A DNA stretch of 64,000 nucleotides from NCBI GenBank assembly GCA_963809485.1, contig CAWEJX010000020.1, positions 640,001 through 704,000 on the forward strand, given 5' to 3'. Of this stretch, positions 60,569-64,000 are shown piece after piece (position 1 is the first letter of the stretch; every line of letters starts with the position of its first letter). The notes under the pieces were generated by a model, which worked only from the letters and a program-made list of their open reading frames with translations, was not told the DNA's origin and did no database searches. This stretch comes from an uncultured Acidobacteriota bacterium (GTDB lineage: Bacteria > Acidobacteriota > UBA6911). The translations under genes and the position numbers were made by a program.

Positions 60569-63538
60569 ATGATGGTAGGCCGAAAACAGATCACCTTCGA
60601 CGTCTTTACCCTGGACCCCGAGAACGAGCTTCTCTGGAAGGGACCGGAAAGAATCCACCTGCGGCCCAAGACCTTTGCCCTGCTTCAGTATCTGGCAGCG
60701 CACCCCGGCCAGCTCGTCACCAAGAACGAATTGCTCAACGCGGTCTGGCAGGACCTCCACGTAGGAGACGAAGCCCTGAAGCACTGCGTGGCTGAAATAC
60801 GCAGAGTCCTGGCCGACAACGCCGAAGCGCCACGGTTCGTGGAAACGGTGCATCGCAGGGGATACCGGTTTCTCGGCAAAACGGGCGCTTCGCGCGCATC
60901 AACCGCCGACCGGACGGCCAAGGCCAAAACTCCGGACCAGCAGCCAACCCCCGATAGCCTCCAGCTTGTAGGCAGATCAACCGAGCTTGCGCAGCTGCAT
61001 CTTTGCCTGTCCAAGGCTATGTCGGGAGTCCGCCAGGTGGTATTTATTTCCGGCGATCAGGGAATCGGCAAAACCAGCCTGGTGGATGTGTTTCTTGAAA
61101 TTGTGAGTCGCAATCAGCCTGGCCAGCCGAGTGAGGAGGCCCTGGTCCGGCCATCGGTCGCCAGAGGGCAATGCATAAAGTCTCATGGCGCCGGCGAAGC
61201 ATTCATGCCCGTTATGGAAGCCATCACCGGACTGTGCCACACTCCCCTTCGCAAACGCACCATCGCCGTGCTTCGCCACTATGCTCCCCTGTGGCTGATG
61301 CAAATGCCTTCCCTGATCAGCGACACCCAGCTGCAGAGTTTGCAGCGCGCCAACACCGGCGCCTCCCGCGAACGAATGCTCCGGGAGATGGCCGAAGCGT
61401 TGGATGCGCTCACCGAGGATATCCCGCTGGTCCTGGTCCTGGAGGACCTGCACTGGAGCGATTACTCCACGCTGGACCTGATTTCCTATTGGGCCCGGCG
61501 GCGAGCCCGGTCGCAGCTCCTGCTGATAGGGACCTATCGAAAGGAAGAAATCCTGGTTGCCGACCATCCTCTGAAAACTCTCGAGCAGGAACTGTGCGCG
61601 CACCAGCGATGCCATGAACTGCCGCTCTCCTTCCTTGATGAAGCTGCCGTCGGAGAATACTTGTCCCGGCGTTTCCACTCGCATAAATTACTCCCTGAAA
61701 TCGCGTCTTGGGTTCACCAGTGGACGGGCGGCAACCCTCTGTTCATGGTCAATGTTCTGGATCACCTCTTGGCCCGTGGATTGATTTCCCACCACAAAGG
61801 GCATTGGCGCTTCGAATCCACCCTGGAGGAAGCTGAGAAGACGGTTCCGCCGACCATCCAGCAGATCATCGAGCGGCAGTTCGAACGTTGCACTCCGGAG
61901 GAACAAAGCCTGCTTCAGGCGGCGAGCGTTGAGGGTGTGGAGTTTACGGTTGCCGGGGCAGCAGCCGCACTGGGCGAAGAAGCCGATCGCGTGGAGAAGC
62001 TGTGCCGGGCGCTCACAGACCGGAACCAGTTCCTGCATCCGGCGGGCACCCGCCAATCCGCAGGCGGACACCAGACGGCCTTTTACAGGTTCATCCACGC
62101 CATGTATCAGAGCATCTGCTACCAGCTCTTGCCCGAGGAGCTGCGTTCGCGATACCACCGGAGCGTGGCCGAATACATCGAAAGCATCCGTCATCCAAAT
62201 CCTGGCGAAATGGCCGCCCGGCTGGCCATGCACTTTGACCACGGGCATGAGCATAGCCGCGCAATCAGGTATTACCAGCGGGCTGCCGACAATGCCAACC
62301 TGCGCTATGCCGGGCGTGAGGCCCTGGAACTGGCCACGCGCGGAATGCAGCTGCTCGAAACGGAGCCCGCATCGCCCGAGCGCACCGAGCGCGAAATGTG
62401 CCTGCAGATTGCGCGCGGCACGGCACTGATGTCCGCCCGGGGCCTGGGCGCGCAGGAGGTCAGCCATGCTTTCGGCCGCGCCCGCGAGTTGTTCCAGGAA
62501 TTGACCAAGAGCCAGAGGTCCGGGAAGAAGACGCTGCTCTTTTCCGCTCTTTACGGGCTGTGGTCCTATCACTGGGTCCGCGCGGAATACGATGTGGCTC
62601 GCGCGCTGGCGGATCAGCTGCTGCAGATGGCCACGGACGAACGGGACGCATATCTGCTCAGCCAGGCCCATCGTGCTCTTGGCATTATCCTGATGGACCA
62701 TGGGGATTTCGTTGGAGCCCTGGAGCACCTGGAACAAAGCACAGACGTAGTCAGCCGTTTCTGTGCCGCCATAGCTCAGTGGCACCTCGGCTATCCCGAT
62801 CGGGCATTGAAAAACTGCGAGGAGACTCTCGCGTTCGCCCTGCAAACCCGCAATCCGGAAAACTGCATCTTCGCGCAACTGGGAAAGGCCAGGGTACACA
62901 TGGCCCGCAGGGAAAGCCGGGAGGCATTGGATTGCGCCCAGGCTGCACTGGCGCTCGCTCACGATCAAGGGCTGGTGGAACAATGGCTCGCTCCCATGAA
63001 GTGCATCCGCGGGTGGGCTATTGCCAAGCTTGGGCAGGTGAACAACGGGTTGGAACAGGTTCTCCAGGCCTTGGCCGTTTTCCAGGCAATCGGTTCCAGC
63101 AACCTGACTCCCCTGCTGTCAGCCATGGCCGCGGAAATTTTACTGGATGCAGAACAGATCGACCAGGGACTTGCCATCGTCGAAGATGCTCAGAACATCG
63201 CCCGCAACACGGGCATGAATCATTGCGATGCGGAGATCTGCCGCCTTAAAGGTGAGCTGTTGCGCCAGCAGCCAAACAGACACACACCGTCAGAAAAGAA
63301 CGGCCGGCAGTTCCGGGAAGCCGAAAGATGCTTTGAACAGGCCATTGAAACCGCCCGCAAACAAAATGCCAGGTCGTTTGAACTGCGTGCCACAACAAGC
63401 CTGGCCAAGCTTTTGGGAAAGGAAAACCGTCAGGCTGAGGCCCGACAATACCTGGCGAAGATCTGCCATTGGTTCACGGAAGGCCACAACACTCCGGATA
63501 TGATGGAAGCCCAGGCCCTACTTCGCGAGCTTTCTTGA
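60569..63538 (+). CDS. Winged-helix (OmpR/CadC-type) + AAA ATPase + TPR transcriptional regulator (STAND-like)
   Basis: LRPKTFALL...ETVHRRGYRF; Walker A GDQGIGKTS; Walker B LVLEDLHW; TGGNPLF; TPRs ending ELRATTSLA..WFTEG. Confidence 0.92.
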   Translation: MMVGRKQITFDVFTLDPENELLWKGPERIHLRPKTFALLQYLAAHPGQLVTKNELLNAVWQDLHVGDEALKHCVAEIRRVLADNAEAPRFVETVHRRGYRFLGKTGASRASTADRTAKAKTPDQQPTPDSLQLVGRSTELAQLHLCLSKAMSGVRQVVFISGDQGIGKTSLVDVFLEIVSRNQPGQPSEEALVRPSVARGQCIKSHGAGEAFMPVMEAITGLCHTPLRKRTIAVLRHYAPLWLMQMPSLISDTQLQSLQRANTGASRERMLREMAEALDALTEDIPLVLVLEDLHWSDYSTLDLISYWARRRARSQLLLIGTYRKEEILVADHPLKTLEQELCAHQRCHELPLSFLDEAAVGEYLSRRFHSHKLLPEIASWVHQWTGGNPLFMVNVLDHLLARGLISHHKGHWRFESTLEEAEKTVPPTIQQIIERQFERCTPEEQSLLQAASVEGVEFTVAGAAAALGEEADRVEKLCRALTDRNQFLHPAGTRQSAGGHQTAFYRFIHAMYQSICYQLLPEELRSRYHRSVAEYIESIRHPNPGEMAARLAMHFDHGHEHSRAIRYYQRAADNANLRYAGREALELATRGMQLLETEPASPERTEREMCLQIARGTALMSARGLGAQEVSHAFGRARELFQELTKSQRSGKKTLLFSALYGLWSYHWVRAEYDVARALADQLLQMATDERDAYLLSQAHRALGIILMDHGDFVGALEHLEQSTDVVSRFCAAIAQWHLGYPDRALKNCEETLAFALQTRNPENCIFAQLGKARVHMARRESREALDCAQAALALAHDQGLVEQWLAPMKCIRGWAIAKLGQVNNGLEQVLQALAVFQAIGSSNLTPLLSAMAAEILLDAEQIDQGLAIVEDAQNIARNTGMNHCDAEICRLKGELLRQQPNRHTPSEKNGRQFREAERCFEQAIETARKQNARSFELRATTSLAKLLGKENRQAEARQYLAKICHWFTEGHNTPDMMEAQALLRELS

Positions 63539-63764
63539 ATCATTCATCCATCATTCATTCAGTCGCGCAGATCTCCCCGCAGTAATATAGGTTTGCTTGT
63601 TACACTTTTGCAGGGCCGGCCTTCCGGCCGCCCTTACGGGAGATCGAGAGGATACGTACCGATAGCGCAGTACGGGATTGCTCTACCCCGTTTCTCAAGG
63701 TAGAATCGGATTGCTGGGAGTTGTAAGAGTATTTCCTCGAGAAACCAAGCATAAGGAGACAGTG

Positions 63765-64000
63765 ATGACCAGACTCTACACGGCTATTTTTCTCGTTCTG
63801 TCGCTCCTGCTTACTTTCGGCTGCTCTTCCATCCCTTCCGGTACCGAACGGATTACCGACCTCCAGAAGAATGGGGCAGCACAGATCGGCCAGAGTGTCG
63901 TAGTTGTCGGGATGGCGGATAACAAATCCCCTCTCTCCTCGTTCAGAATTATCAAGGTTTACCAGAATGAGGACTTCATCTGGGTTGTGCTTCCGGAAGG
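63765..64000 (+). CDS. Lipoprotein, truncated by the window edge
   Basis: RBS AAGGAG; MTRLYTAIFLVLSLLLTFG-C lipobox; frame open to the end of the window. Confidence 0.7.
   Translation, partial: MTRLYTAIFLVLSLLLTFGCSSIPSGTERITDLQKNGAAQIGQSVVVVGMADNKSPLSSFRIIKVYQNEDFIWVVLPE

Overview
GC-rich bacterial chromosome segment with about 45 genes, mostly housekeeping, envelope and metabolic. The gene content (Acidobacteria-type VWA protein, PEP-CTERM protein, anaerobic sulfatase maturase, Hdr-like Fe-S protein) suggests an anaerobic diderm, probably Acidobacteriota; this is inference. I found no rRNA, tRNA or CRISPR array. Most notable: (1) a dispersed intergenic 39-bp element of four RCGCYGA heptamers with fixed 10-12-10 bp spacing, present at least six times; (2) three non-autonomous IS200/IS605-like elements that carry this element plus a nested hairpin shortened stepwise at GCGC junctions; (3) a stand-alone murG-HEAT fusion / divergent mraY / murJ module outside the dcw cluster; (4) an archaeal-type topoisomerase VI operon; (5) a 2289-aa TamB-POTRA-Omp85 fusion; (6) an AT-richer island with a PEP-CTERM gene, its sigma54 promoter and enhancer boxes, and integrase and attC-like remnants. 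Four genes (ilvD, a GT-C, an Hdr-like protein, an NmrA protein) are frameshifted, most likely by sequencing indels. All calls come from motif recognition only; no database searches were run.
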